A stretch of 47,835 nucleotides of DNA from the NCBI GenBank assembly GCA_029243005.1, contig JAQWSV010000216.1, positions 1-47,835 of the forward strand, written 5' to 3'. Source of the stretch: Woeseiaceae bacterium. GTDB lineage: Bacteria; Pseudomonadota; Gammaproteobacteria; Steroidobacterales; Woeseiaceae. The notes under the pieces are model-generated. The model did no database searches and had not been told where the DNA came from. It worked only from the letters and a program-made list of their open reading frames with translations. Below are positions 37,381 to 46,155 of this stretch, piece by piece. Positions within the stretch are counted from its first letter, which is position 1, and every line of letters begins with the position of its first letter. The position numbers and the translations under genes are program-made.

Positions 37381-37938
37381 TTAGTCCTCTACCTCGACAA
37401 TCATTTCGATCTCGACCGACTGACCTCTCGGTAATGACGCCATGCCGACAGCGGCGCGGGCGTGCCGACCCCGTTCACCAAAGACCTCGACAATAAGATC
37501 CGAGAATCCGTTGATCACCGAGGGTTGCCGGACGAAGTCCGGATCCGAATTGACCATGCCCAGTACTTTCACAACCCGTTTGACTTTCCGCAGGTCGCCT
37601 AGCATTTCCTTCAGTACGGCAAGCTGATTGATGGCAGTCAGGCGGCCGGCCTCATAGCCTTCCTCAATACTGACTTCGGAATCTATCTTGCCGTGGATCT
37701 CACTACCGTCGGCCCGTTTCGGACCCTTGCCGGCGAGAAATATCAGATTGCCAGTCCTGACACCATTGACGTAATTTGCAACCGGCTCCGGTGCGGGCGG
37801 CAGTTCAATACCCAATTCGGAGAGCCTGGCTTCAGGATTAAATTCGATATCTTTTTGCGGGTTCTGCGCGACCGTCAGTCCGGTAATCAAAAGAAAAGGA
37901 AAAGCGGCAAGAATCGACACAATTTTGGTGTATTTCAT
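37381..37938 (-). CDS. RidA/YjgF-family (imine deaminase-type) protein with signal peptide
   Basis: ATG 37938 after AGAGGG gives MKYTKIVSILAAFPFLLITGLTVAQ. GNLIFLAGKGP and ARAAVGMASLPRGQSVEIEMIVEV. Confidence 0.85.
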   Translation of the reverse strand: MKYTKIVSILAAFPFLLITGLTVAQNPQKDIEFNPEARLSELGIELPPAPEPVANYVNGVRTGNLIFLAGKGPKRADGSEIHGKIDSEVSIEEGYEAGRLTAINQLAVLKEMLGDLRKVKRVVKVLGMVNSDPDFVRQPSVINGFSDLIVEVFGERGRHARAAVGMASLPRGQSVEIEMIVEVED

Positions 37939-38247
37939 GGGACCCTCTGGCAAATTTCTTTGAATCTTTGCAAATGTAACATGTCTAATTCCATCATTGC
38001 CGCGCTTTTCGTGGGAGCGCGATGAAATGCGCTAGATTTGTCAAAAGCGCAGGTATTTGAGAGGTTTCCACGCAGATGTTACCCGTATTCGCTTTTGCCA
38101 TTGCGTCAACAGGAGTCGTAATTCAGGATCGGATCCGCCAATCCGGGCCTGAACCAGGGTGCGACTCAGTCCGTTGCGCCCGACATTGAAATCGACGATC
38201 GCAAGAATGAAAATGCGTAGCTACTCCATCGACGTGAAGGGACTACT

Positions 38248-38550
38248 ATGACCCCGTTTTCGATCAACGCAGCGCTGCCAGTGACGGTTTTGTTTGCACT
38301 TGCGGCCTGTTCTGCTAACGATCCTGCGCCGGACGACGGTCTTGTCTACAACGAGCCCGCGATCGATCCGAATCAAGTGGTCTGCCAGCGGCAGCGGGTG
38401 GCTGGTTCGCATATTCCCCGTCGGGTGTGTCGTACTCAGGCCCAAATTGAAAATGATCGCGAAGCTGCGTTGAGAGCGACCGGCCCACTGCGCACTATGG
38501 GCGGCATCGGGCCACCGCCTCCGGCGTCTTCACCCTCGACGCCACCCTAA
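38248..38550 (+). CDS. Small hypothetical lipoprotein
   Basis: Lipobox VLFALAACS. Cys pair VCQRQRVAGSHIPRRVC. Pro-rich tail. GAAGGGA RBS. Confidence 0.5.
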   Translation: MTPFSINAALPVTVLFALAACSANDPAPDDGLVYNEPAIDPNQVVCQRQRVAGSHIPRRVCRTQAQIENDREAALRATGPLRTMGGIGPPPPASSPSTPP

Positions 38551-38576
38551 CTCATACGCGGCAGCATCGATTCGGA

Positions 38577-39875
38577 TCAGCGAAACAGCCCGGCCTCCGC
38601 CAGCAAGGTCACCAGTCCGATCTGAATGCCGACATGGCCATCGACATTCTGCCACCACTCGTCCGGTGAGTGAGCCCCTTCCGACACGCCCCCTCGACTC
38701 ATGGTCACCGCGGGAATGCCCTTCGATATAGGTAAATTGGAGTCGGTCGAGGAAATCCTGAGCGATGGCTCAATGCCGAATGCGACTGTTGCCGCCAGCG
38801 CCCGCTGCACTACTGGTACCGCCGTCTCCTGTTGTGCAGCCGGACGCGTGCCAACCCGCTTGACTTCGACCGTTAGCTCCGGCCCCATCAATCTTGCGAC
38901 GTTTTCTTCCTGCAAGGCCTGCTCGACAGCTGCCTGGAGGACTGCGTCGATATCGTCGAGCTTGTCTTGGCTGCCGGATCGCATATCAATTTCCATCCAG
39001 GATTCGAACGGGATGGAATTGACCGACGTTCCGCCGCCAATCCGGCCGACGTTGTGGCTGGTCTTTTCACCCACGCTAGTGACCGAAGGTGCGTTCTCGT
39101 CGAATATCTGAATCGCGCGTCCCAGCGCATGGTGCGGATTCGCCAGCCCATAGGCTCCCCAGGAGTGCCCACCGGGACCCTGGAATGTCACCCTGTAGCG
39201 GTGCGAACCGACGCCGCCAAAGACGATTCGAGTCGATTCGCCACCATCGACAGCGATGAAAGTATCGATCCGTTCGGCACCGTCGCGGAACAGGTGTTTC
39301 ACGCCGCGCAGATCACCGAGGCCTTCTTCGCCGACATTACCGATAAACAGAATATCAGCTTCTGTCGCAATATCAGCACGCTGCATAGCACGCAGGACGC
39401 CAAGCACGGTCACCAGGCCTCGTGTGTTATCACCGATCCCGGGAGCGTACATTTTTTCGTCGTCGAACCGGACGGTGACATCGGTGTCTGCAGGGAAGAC
39501 GGTATCGAGATGGGCGGCATAGGCGACGACCTTTTCACTCGTGCGGCCAGGACGCCGACCGATCACATTGCCAACCGCATCGATCGTCACGTCAGTGAGG
39601 CCAGCCTCTCCAAGCATTTCAGCGAATCGTGCACCTCTCGCCTGTTCTTCGAACGGGGGTGCCGGAATCTCGGTTAGCTCGATCAGGTCGCGACGCGATT
39701 GCGGTTCAATGACCAGGACGTGCTCCAGACCTGCACGAACTTTTTCATCGACGAGAATCGCGGCAATCTCTGCCGAATACGTTTCGTCTATGTGCGATGA
39801 CTCTGTTTCCTGCGCCAGCGCACAATGCCCCGTAATCACCAGCATGCAGCCAGCGAATACAATTGCTTTTCGCAT
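38577..39875 (-). CDS. M20A-family metallopeptidase (tripeptidase/deacylase-like), exported
   Basis: ATG 39875 after GGAGAG gives MRKAIVFAGCMLVITGHCALA. AAHLDTVFP, APGIGDNTRG, GNVGEEGLGDLRG. Confidence 0.85.
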   Translation of the reverse strand: MRKAIVFAGCMLVITGHCALAQETESSHIDETYSAEIAAILVDEKVRAGLEHVLVIEPQSRRDLIELTEIPAPPFEEQARGARFAEMLGEAGLTDVTIDAVGNVIGRRPGRTSEKVVAYAAHLDTVFPADTDVTVRFDDEKMYAPGIGDNTRGLVTVLGVLRAMQRADIATEADILFIGNVGEEGLGDLRGVKHLFRDGAERIDTFIAVDGGESTRIVFGGVGSHRYRVTFQGPGGHSWGAYGLANPHHALGRAIQIFDENAPSVTSVGEKTSHNVGRIGGGTSVNSIPFESWMEIDMRSGSQDKLDDIDAVLQAAVEQALQEENVARLMGPELTVEVKRVGTRPAAQQETAVPVVQRALAATVAFGIEPSLRISSTDSNLPISKGIPAVTMSRGGVSEGAHSPDEWWQNVDGHVGIQIGLVTLLAEAGLFR

Positions 39876-39903
39876 CAATGGCTCTCCGCTATATGGTGGC
39901 TGC

Positions 39904-41289
39904 TTAATCCCGGTCGTCGAGCTTAACGTAACCGACACCACGGCGATATTTGAACTCGGTGCCGAAGGGTTCGGAAAGTCGAGCCAGGTCAGCCATGATT
40001 TTTTGGCCCAGGTCATCGTCTGCCAGTATTGGGCGACCGCGCACCTGCCGCGTCTTGCCAAAACCGAGGTCGATCGGATAAAGCGCGAGCTCGGTCAGCT
40101 GCCGGTTTTCGAAGGTGGGTACGGCAATGATCGCTTCCCAGTTTTCCTGTAAAGCCGGGAAACCTGTCGAGTCGTTCTCGTAACGTGCGTCATTGAAGTC
40201 GGCGACGTGTGATCGCTCGCCGAGATCGTAGCGCTCGTAATTGTCAGATGGCAGCCGCAGCAAAGTCTCGTTCTGGAAGATGAAATTACCGAGGCTGTAA
40301 AGAATAGGTTTCCCCTGGTAAATCTCGATGCCCTGGAGGATGTGTGGCCCATGCCCGAAAAACACATCGGCTCCGGCTTCGATAGCGGCCCTCGCAAACA
40401 CCGGTAGAAAGTCGTCTGGAAGCTCCCGGCGACCGCCATTCTGGTGTGAATGAATCGTGACAATCGTAAAGTCGGCCAACCGACTCGCGTTATTGATGAC
40501 GGCCATGATCTCGGCGACGTCATCTTTGTTGGGTTCACGAAGAACGCGGGGCGCTTCACCAACGGCAAAATTTCTCCCCAGGACATTCATTTGCCAGGGT
40601 TTCTCTTCGTCGGTGCCGCGGGGCTGTCCGTCGAGATCGGTGAACTGGCCCAGCGAATCTGCCGCAGTGCGGATGTTCTCGTAGGAATTCTCGGGGAGCA
40701 CGTAAGTGGTTTTCAGTCGCAGCGGGTTGAGACCGGGTCGCGCCGGCACATCGTCGCGGGATCGCCCGGCGCGCATGTGATTGGCGAAACTCGATGAGAG
40801 AGAGATCAGCGCGACCCTGGCTTTGGACGTTTCCAGGAATCGTGCTTCCCTTGCTTCAGCCAGGCTCATGCCGACGCCAGCATCGACGAGTCCTGCTTGT
40901 TCCACGTACTTCGTGGTCAGTTCCAGGCCGAGTGTGCCGTAGTCGCCGGTATGGTTGTTGGCCCGTGCCACCATGTCGATGCCAGCCCAGGCAAGTTCGT
41001 TGGCTATTTTCGGGTCCGATCGCATCCAGGTGCCACCGCTTTCCGCCATCGGGTATGGCTCAAAGTTGTGCAATACTGTTTCCAGGTTGGTTACGGCCAC
41101 GTCGGCGCCTCGCAGGACCTCGATCATCTCGAGGTATTGTGGTTCGTCGTAGACCGACAGGCTCCGATTGATGATCGAGTCACCCGTCAACGCCATCGTG
41201 AATGATTCATCGGCGCTCCTGTGCTGCCCGAGGGCGGGAAGCGCAAGCAATGTCGACAAACCGATCAATGTAGCCACCGCTTTGTGCAT
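39904..41289 (-). CDS. CapA/PGA_cap-family metallophosphoesterase-fold protein, exported
   Basis: Signal MHKAVATLIGLSTLLALPALG. MALTGDSIINRS, VTNLETV, ARANNHTGDYG, IHSHQNG. Confidence 0.8.
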   Translation of the reverse strand: MHKAVATLIGLSTLLALPALGQHRSADESFTMALTGDSIINRSLSVYDEPQYLEMIEVLRGADVAVTNLETVLHNFEPYPMAESGGTWMRSDPKIANELAWAGIDMVARANNHTGDYGTLGLELTTKYVEQAGLVDAGVGMSLAEAREARFLETSKARVALISLSSSFANHMRAGRSRDDVPARPGLNPLRLKTTYVLPENSYENIRTAADSLGQFTDLDGQPRGTDEEKPWQMNVLGRNFAVGEAPRVLREPNKDDVAEIMAVINNASRLADFTIVTIHSHQNGGRRELPDDFLPVFARAAIEAGADVFFGHGPHILQGIEIYQGKPILYSLGNFIFQNETLLRLPSDNYERYDLGERSHVADFNDARYENDSTGFPALQENWEAIIAVPTFENRQLTELALYPIDLGFGKTRQVRGRPILADDDLGQKIMADLARLSEPFGTEFKYRRGVGYVKLDDRD

Positions 41290-41388
41290 TATTGGAATCT
41301 CCTGAGATCTTGACTCCGTCGAGCTTAGCAGACTTTACTTCCTACACAGACTGATTTACCAAGTAAGTGAAACAAACGGGGGAATATC

Positions 41389-42819
41389 ATGCGGATGGCT
41401 TCGATTGGCGTATTCATTGGGCTCCTAGCTGTGCCGGCACAGGACGTTGCGGCGCAGGCTAGCGATTCCATTCTTGATTTTATCGACGGCCGCTACGAGG
41501 AGACGGCCGAGATAGCGAGAAGGATCTGGGAATACGCGGAGGTTGGTTACCAGGAAACGCAAAGCTCAGTGTTGCTGCAGCAGTCACTCGACGCCGAGGG
41601 CTTTAGCATTGAGGCTGGCGTCGCCAATATCCCGACGGCATTCGTTGCCAGCCATGGCGACGGTGGACCGGTCATCGCAATACTGGCCGAATTCGATGCC
41701 TTGCCCGGCATCAACCAGGATGCGATACCAGCGCGACTGCCGATTGATGGCAAGGCGGCAGGACACGCCTGCGGTCACAACCTGTTTGCAGCGGGTTCCA
41801 TAGGTGCGGCCATTGCGATCAAGAAATGGTTGCAGAATACGGGCACACCAGGGACGGTACGGGTAATGGGCACCCCGGCTGAGGAAGGTGGCAGCGGCAA
41901 GGTCTACATGGTTCGTGACGGTCTTTTCGACGATGTGGATATCGCTCTCCATTGGCACCCCGGAGATCGAAATTCCGCTGCAGCCAGTACCTCGTTGGCA
42001 AATCGCTCTGCCAAGTTTCGATTTCGCGGCACTTCCGCGCACGCGGCAGGCGCCCCTGAAAGGGCCCGCTCCGCGCTAGACGGCGTCGAAGCTTTAAATC
42101 ACATGGTCAACCTGATGCGCGAACACGTGCCGCAGGAGACGCGAATCCACTATGTCATCACGGCAGGAGGCAATGCGCCGAATGTCGTGCCAGATTTCGC
42201 AGAGGTCTACTACTACCTGCGCCATCCGGATGCGACCGTCGTTCGCGACATCTGGGAACGAATCGAGGAAGCGGCACGCGGCGCGGCAATGGGTACGGGA
42301 ACCGACGTCGACCGGGAGATCATCCACGGCAACTACCCGCTGATGATCAATGAGACTCTCGCACTGATGATGGACGAAAAACTGAGCATGATTGGTGGGG
42401 TCACCTACAACGATTTCGAGCAGAGTTTCGCCGAGGAAATCCACGCTTCATTCGACCGGCCGTCGCTACCACTCGGTAGCCAGGAGGAGGTCCAGCCCTA
42501 CGCTGTCGGACAGGGCTATTTCTCAACGGATGTCGGTGACGTGTCGGTCGTCGTGCCAACCGTTGGTCTGAGTACCGCTACCTGGGTGCCCGGTACAGCG
42601 GCGCACAGCTGGCAGTCGACTGCCGCCAGTGGGATGACGGTTGGTTATAAGGGCGCCCAAGTAGCCGCCAAGACGCTGTCGCTCGCGGCGATCGAGCTCT
42701 TCGGGAATCCGGCATTGCGCGCTGCCGCGAAGGCCGAATTCGACCGCCAGCGAGGCGGCGATTTTCGCTACGAAGCGCTGCTGGGGGACCGACCCCCGCC
42801 GCTCGACTATCGAAACTAG
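41389..42819 (+). CDS. M20D-type amidohydrolase, exported
   Basis: Signal MRMASIGVFIGLLAVPAQDVAA. GHACGHNLFAAGS. MGTPAEEGGSGK. Confidence 0.85.
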   Translation: MRMASIGVFIGLLAVPAQDVAAQASDSILDFIDGRYEETAEIARRIWEYAEVGYQETQSSVLLQQSLDAEGFSIEAGVANIPTAFVASHGDGGPVIAILAEFDALPGINQDAIPARLPIDGKAAGHACGHNLFAAGSIGAAIAIKKWLQNTGTPGTVRVMGTPAEEGGSGKVYMVRDGLFDDVDIALHWHPGDRNSAAASTSLANRSAKFRFRGTSAHAAGAPERARSALDGVEALNHMVNLMREHVPQETRIHYVITAGGNAPNVVPDFAEVYYYLRHPDATVVRDIWERIEEAARGAAMGTGTDVDREIIHGNYPLMINETLALMMDEKLSMIGGVTYNDFEQSFAEEIHASFDRPSLPLGSQEEVQPYAVGQGYFSTDVGDVSVVVPTVGLSTATWVPGTAAHSWQSTAASGMTVGYKGAQVAAKTLSLAAIELFGNPALRAAAKAEFDRQRGGDFRYEALLGDRPPPLDYRN

Positions 42820-42905
42820 GCGGGCGACAGGCGCCCGTTAGCGGCCAATTTGTCTCATATTTGCAACATTTTGACTAGATCTGTCCTAAGTAATCAAAAA
42901 TTGGT

Positions 42906-42934
42906 TTGACAGGCTGCGCTGGCAGGATTAAATT
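42906..42934 (+). promoter_or_regulatory. Candidate sigma70 promoter for the TonB-dependent receptor
   Basis: TTGACA (42906-42911), a 17-nt spacer, then TAAATT (42929-42934), all in an AT-rich intergenic region. This implies a leader of about 220 nt. Confidence 0.4.
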
Positions 42935-43159
42935 CGCTTAAAACGTAGAAGAATAGTTAAATCCGTGTACTAAGGAAGCGAGGAAATCCTTAAATATACT
43001 TAGTCGATTTTCGTTCTCGACAAGTATCTGCACCGGTTGTTCTCGGGAAAAATCCAGGGTACAACATTTTTACGACAGTTCTGCTGCTGCGCATATCACG
43101 TCATCCAGACGGCGCAGTGGCAAAAATCCGAAATTAAATTGGATCAGGGGAAAAAAGAC

Positions 43160-46099
43160 ATGGCAACGAAGAAGTTCCAGGCGACCGCGTTATCCACCGG
43201 AATCGCCATTGCGTTGGGCGCAGCGCCGCCAACACTGGCTCAGGAAGCTGAGATCGAGGAGATCGTCGTAACGGGATCTCACATTCGCAGGACAGAGTAT
43301 CAGGGCCGAGCACCTATCCAGATCGTGGATGCCGAGGCGATCGAGCTAATCGGCGCCGCGCAACCTGTTGAGGTTCTCAAGGAGCTGACAGTTAATAGCG
43401 GTTCCCAGTTTTACAATGAGACCAACGACAGGGCCGGCGTATCACAGTTCAATATTCGCAACCTGGGCCTGGGCTCGACCTTGACACTGGTCAATGGCAA
43501 GCGCGCCGGTATTGCCGCGGTTGCCGACGCTTCGGGTACGGATTTCGTCGACATTAACCAGTTCCCGCTCGCAATGATTGAGCGCATCGAGGTACTGACT
43601 AACGGCGCCTCCGCGACCTACGGTTCGCAGGCGGTTGCTGGTGTGGCGAACATCATTACGCGTAAGGGAATGGAGGGTCTCGAACTCTCGGGTGGTTATT
43701 CCACCGCGGAAATCGACGGCTGGCATGTCAACATGGCCGCTGGTTCCCAGTTCGACAAGGGTGGATTCAACATTTACATGACCCATTACGAGCAAGGGCA
43801 ACAGGGTCGTACCGAATTTCCTTGGCTTGACAGCCGCTTGAACGGTGACGGCATAGCGGGCCGATCCCGATTCCTCTCAGGAACCGGTTCTCCGGGTTCA
43901 ATTGAGCGTGCCGTCCTTGAAGCAAACGGCGAAGCTGCGTCTGTATCCGGCGCCATTCGCATGCCGGACGCGGATTGCGAGGCCGCTGGTGGTGTGATCG
44001 GTGATCCGATCGACACTGGCCTTAACCCGAATACCTGCCGCTACAACTTTGCCGACCAGGTGGGTGTGATTTCGGAGGAGAAAAGGAACCAGATGTTCGC
44101 TGAGTTCGACTGGGAGATTGCCGACGGCATCAATTACAGCGTGGAAGCCAGTTTCTCAAATAACGAGATACAGCGGCAGAATGGCGGACAGTTGCTGGCC
44201 ACAGGTAAGGCAAAAAATGGCGGCGTTACGGTTCTTCCGAGCCATCCGTTTAACTTTTATGTCGAAGATCCAGCTGATGCGGCGGGGTTGATTTATGTCG
44301 GACCAAATTCCTGGGACCCGACTGTCCATTGTACGGATATCAACTCTTCAGCAACGTGTCAGTTCCAGACGGCGACATTGCGCTCCATTCACCGTCCGTT
44401 GGGTGCAACCCACACTGGCACTCCCCTGTCTGAGAACACACGTCGCGAATTAAATTACACGCGCGTCATGAATCAGGTGGAGTTTTCGCTGCCGAATGAC
44501 TGGTACCTCGATGTCTCCCATATGTGGGCAAGAGCGACGAGTGTCAGCGTCGGTCCTTCGGCAATTCGCTCTGATATGTATCAGCAGCTCATCCGTGAAG
44601 GCACCTGGAACCCGTTTGGCACGCGTGTTTCCAATGGGAATCTGGTATCTCCTAAGGAAGTCGCCGATACAGCCAATTGCTTCAATATCGATCTCGGTGC
44701 GTGTACTGCCGGTAACTCTGTCACCGTCCAGGACCAGTGGAACCAAAATTCCGTTAGCAAATCCAGCGCGGATTCGCAGGTCATCGATGTCGTTGCAGCA
44801 GGCGAATTGTTCGAATTCGGCGGCAGCACAGTTGCTGCAGCTGTTGGTGGACAGTTCCGTACCGTCTCATACCGTAGTTTCCCGGACTCTCTGAGTTCTG
44901 CAAGAGAGGATGGAAGCCAGGGTATCTCGGGCGAAGTGTCGGGACGTCAGAATGTCACTGCGTACTTCGCGGAGGCAGTGGTGCCAATTACTGATATGGG
45001 CGAGATTCAGCTCGCCGTTCGCAACGAGGACTACGGCGATGGCGTGTCAACGACGGATCCGAAAGTGTCGTTCGAATTTGGCGTGACTGACACTATTGGA
45101 TTCCGTGGCTCCTGGGGCACTTCGTTCCAGGCACCGACAGTCCGTCAAACCGGTCGCGCAAGCTCGTCAGCGTTCATCGACGATCCCGCGTCGGCAACCG
45201 GCCTGGGTGGTAGCTTTGTTTGTACCAACCAACAGGTGGCCAACAATATCTCCGTCATCGTCGAGGGTGCACCAGGACTGACGCCGCAATCGGCCGAGAA
45301 CGTCAACCTAGGCTTCGTTATTCAGGGTGATGCCTTCAGGGCCAGTATTGACTACTTCTCGTTCGACTATTCGGACCTGATCGCTGCCGAGGCTGGGGCG
45401 CAGGCTATCGTGGATGCACAGTGTGCGGGTATCGAGGATACCGGTTTGCCAATCCTTGCGGATCCCAGGGTCACTCGTGACGCTACCGGCCAGGTGCGTC
45501 AAGTCAGTTCTCAGTTCGTCAACATTGGTTCTGTTCAGACGAGCGGTATCGATGTTAACGCTGACTACTCCATGGATTTTGGCGATGGTACGTTGATGCT
45601 TGACATGGGGGCTACATACCTCTTGGCCTTCGACGTCGATACAGACGGTGACGGCAGCGCGGATTTCGACGGTGCTGGAAGCAGAAACCAGTCGAACAGT
45701 TTTGCAACTATGCCTGAGCTTCGTGCCAATGCCGGCGTTACCTGGTTTTCCGGTAATCACACGGCTCGCGTCGGGATGAATCACATCGGCAGTTACAAAA
45801 ATGACCAAAGTAATGATGCGGAAATCAATACTTGGACCGTAGTGGATGCGATGTATTCGTACACATTCAGTGGCTTGCTTGGCGAGGGCGATACGACATT
45901 GTCGATCGGCGCAAACAACCTCATGGACCGAGATCCGCCGGCACTGTATCGTGCTAATTCTGAAGGTGTACGACAAGGTCGATACCTAGACAACGGACGT
46001 TACAATCGCGGTTGGGTTGACCGTCCGGGTTACGACGATCGTGCCGGTCATGATCTCCGTGGACGGATTGTTTACGTACGCTTCAAGCACGCGTTCTAA
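43160..46099 (+). CDS. TonB-dependent outer-membrane receptor
   Basis: Start MATKKFQATALSTGIAIALGAAPPTLAQ. EEIVVTGSHIRR at the plug entry. Long beta-barrel ending in the aromatic terminus ...YVRFKHAF. Confidence 0.92.
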   Translation: MATKKFQATALSTGIAIALGAAPPTLAQEAEIEEIVVTGSHIRRTEYQGRAPIQIVDAEAIELIGAAQPVEVLKELTVNSGSQFYNETNDRAGVSQFNIRNLGLGSTLTLVNGKRAGIAAVADASGTDFVDINQFPLAMIERIEVLTNGASATYGSQAVAGVANIITRKGMEGLELSGGYSTAEIDGWHVNMAAGSQFDKGGFNIYMTHYEQGQQGRTEFPWLDSRLNGDGIAGRSRFLSGTGSPGSIERAVLEANGEAASVSGAIRMPDADCEAAGGVIGDPIDTGLNPNTCRYNFADQVGVISEEKRNQMFAEFDWEIADGINYSVEASFSNNEIQRQNGGQLLATGKAKNGGVTVLPSHPFNFYVEDPADAAGLIYVGPNSWDPTVHCTDINSSATCQFQTATLRSIHRPLGATHTGTPLSENTRRELNYTRVMNQVEFSLPNDWYLDVSHMWARATSVSVGPSAIRSDMYQQLIREGTWNPFGTRVSNGNLVSPKEVADTANCFNIDLGACTAGNSVTVQDQWNQNSVSKSSADSQVIDVVAAGELFEFGGSTVAAAVGGQFRTVSYRSFPDSLSSAREDGSQGISGEVSGRQNVTAYFAEAVVPITDMGEIQLAVRNEDYGDGVSTTDPKVSFEFGVTDTIGFRGSWGTSFQAPTVRQTGRASSSAFIDDPASATGLGGSFVCTNQQVANNISVIVEGAPGLTPQSAENVNLGFVIQGDAFRASIDYFSFDYSDLIAAEAGAQAIVDAQCAGIEDTGLPILADPRVTRDATGQVRQVSSQFVNIGSVQTSGIDVNADYSMDFGDGTLMLDMGATYLLAFDVDTDGDGSADFDGAGSRNQSNSFATMPELRANAGVTWFSGNHTARVGMNHIGSYKNDQSNDAEINTWTVVDAMYSYTFSGLLGEGDTTLSIGANNLMDRDPPALYRANSEGVRQGRYLDNGRYNRGWVDRPGYDDRAGHDLRGRIVYVRFKHAF

Positions 46100-46123
46100 G
46101 TATGACAGTAGTAAGACGACGGA

Positions 46124-46152
46124 AAGAGGGGCCTTGTGCCCCTCTTTTTTTT
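46124..46152 (+). terminator. Rho-independent terminator
   Basis: AGAGGGGC (46125-46132) pairs with GCCCCTCT (46138-46145), with loop CTTGT. A run of eight T (46145-46152; the first is also the last stem base) begins 45 nt after the receptor stop. Confidence 0.8.
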
Positions 46153-46155
46153 ACG

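Noticed and set aside
38086-38199. 37-codon ORF (MLPVFAFAIASTGVVIQDRIRQSG...) in the 309-nt divergent spacer
   Set aside because: It has no RBS and no conservation evidence is available. It is indistinguishable from a chance ORF.
43110-43125. CAGTGGC in the receptor leader, the reverse complement of the GCCACTG core of the cobalamin-riboswitch B12 box
   Set aside because: It is in the wrong orientation for the plus-strand transcript, and I could not find any of the other conserved cobalamin-riboswitch elements around it.
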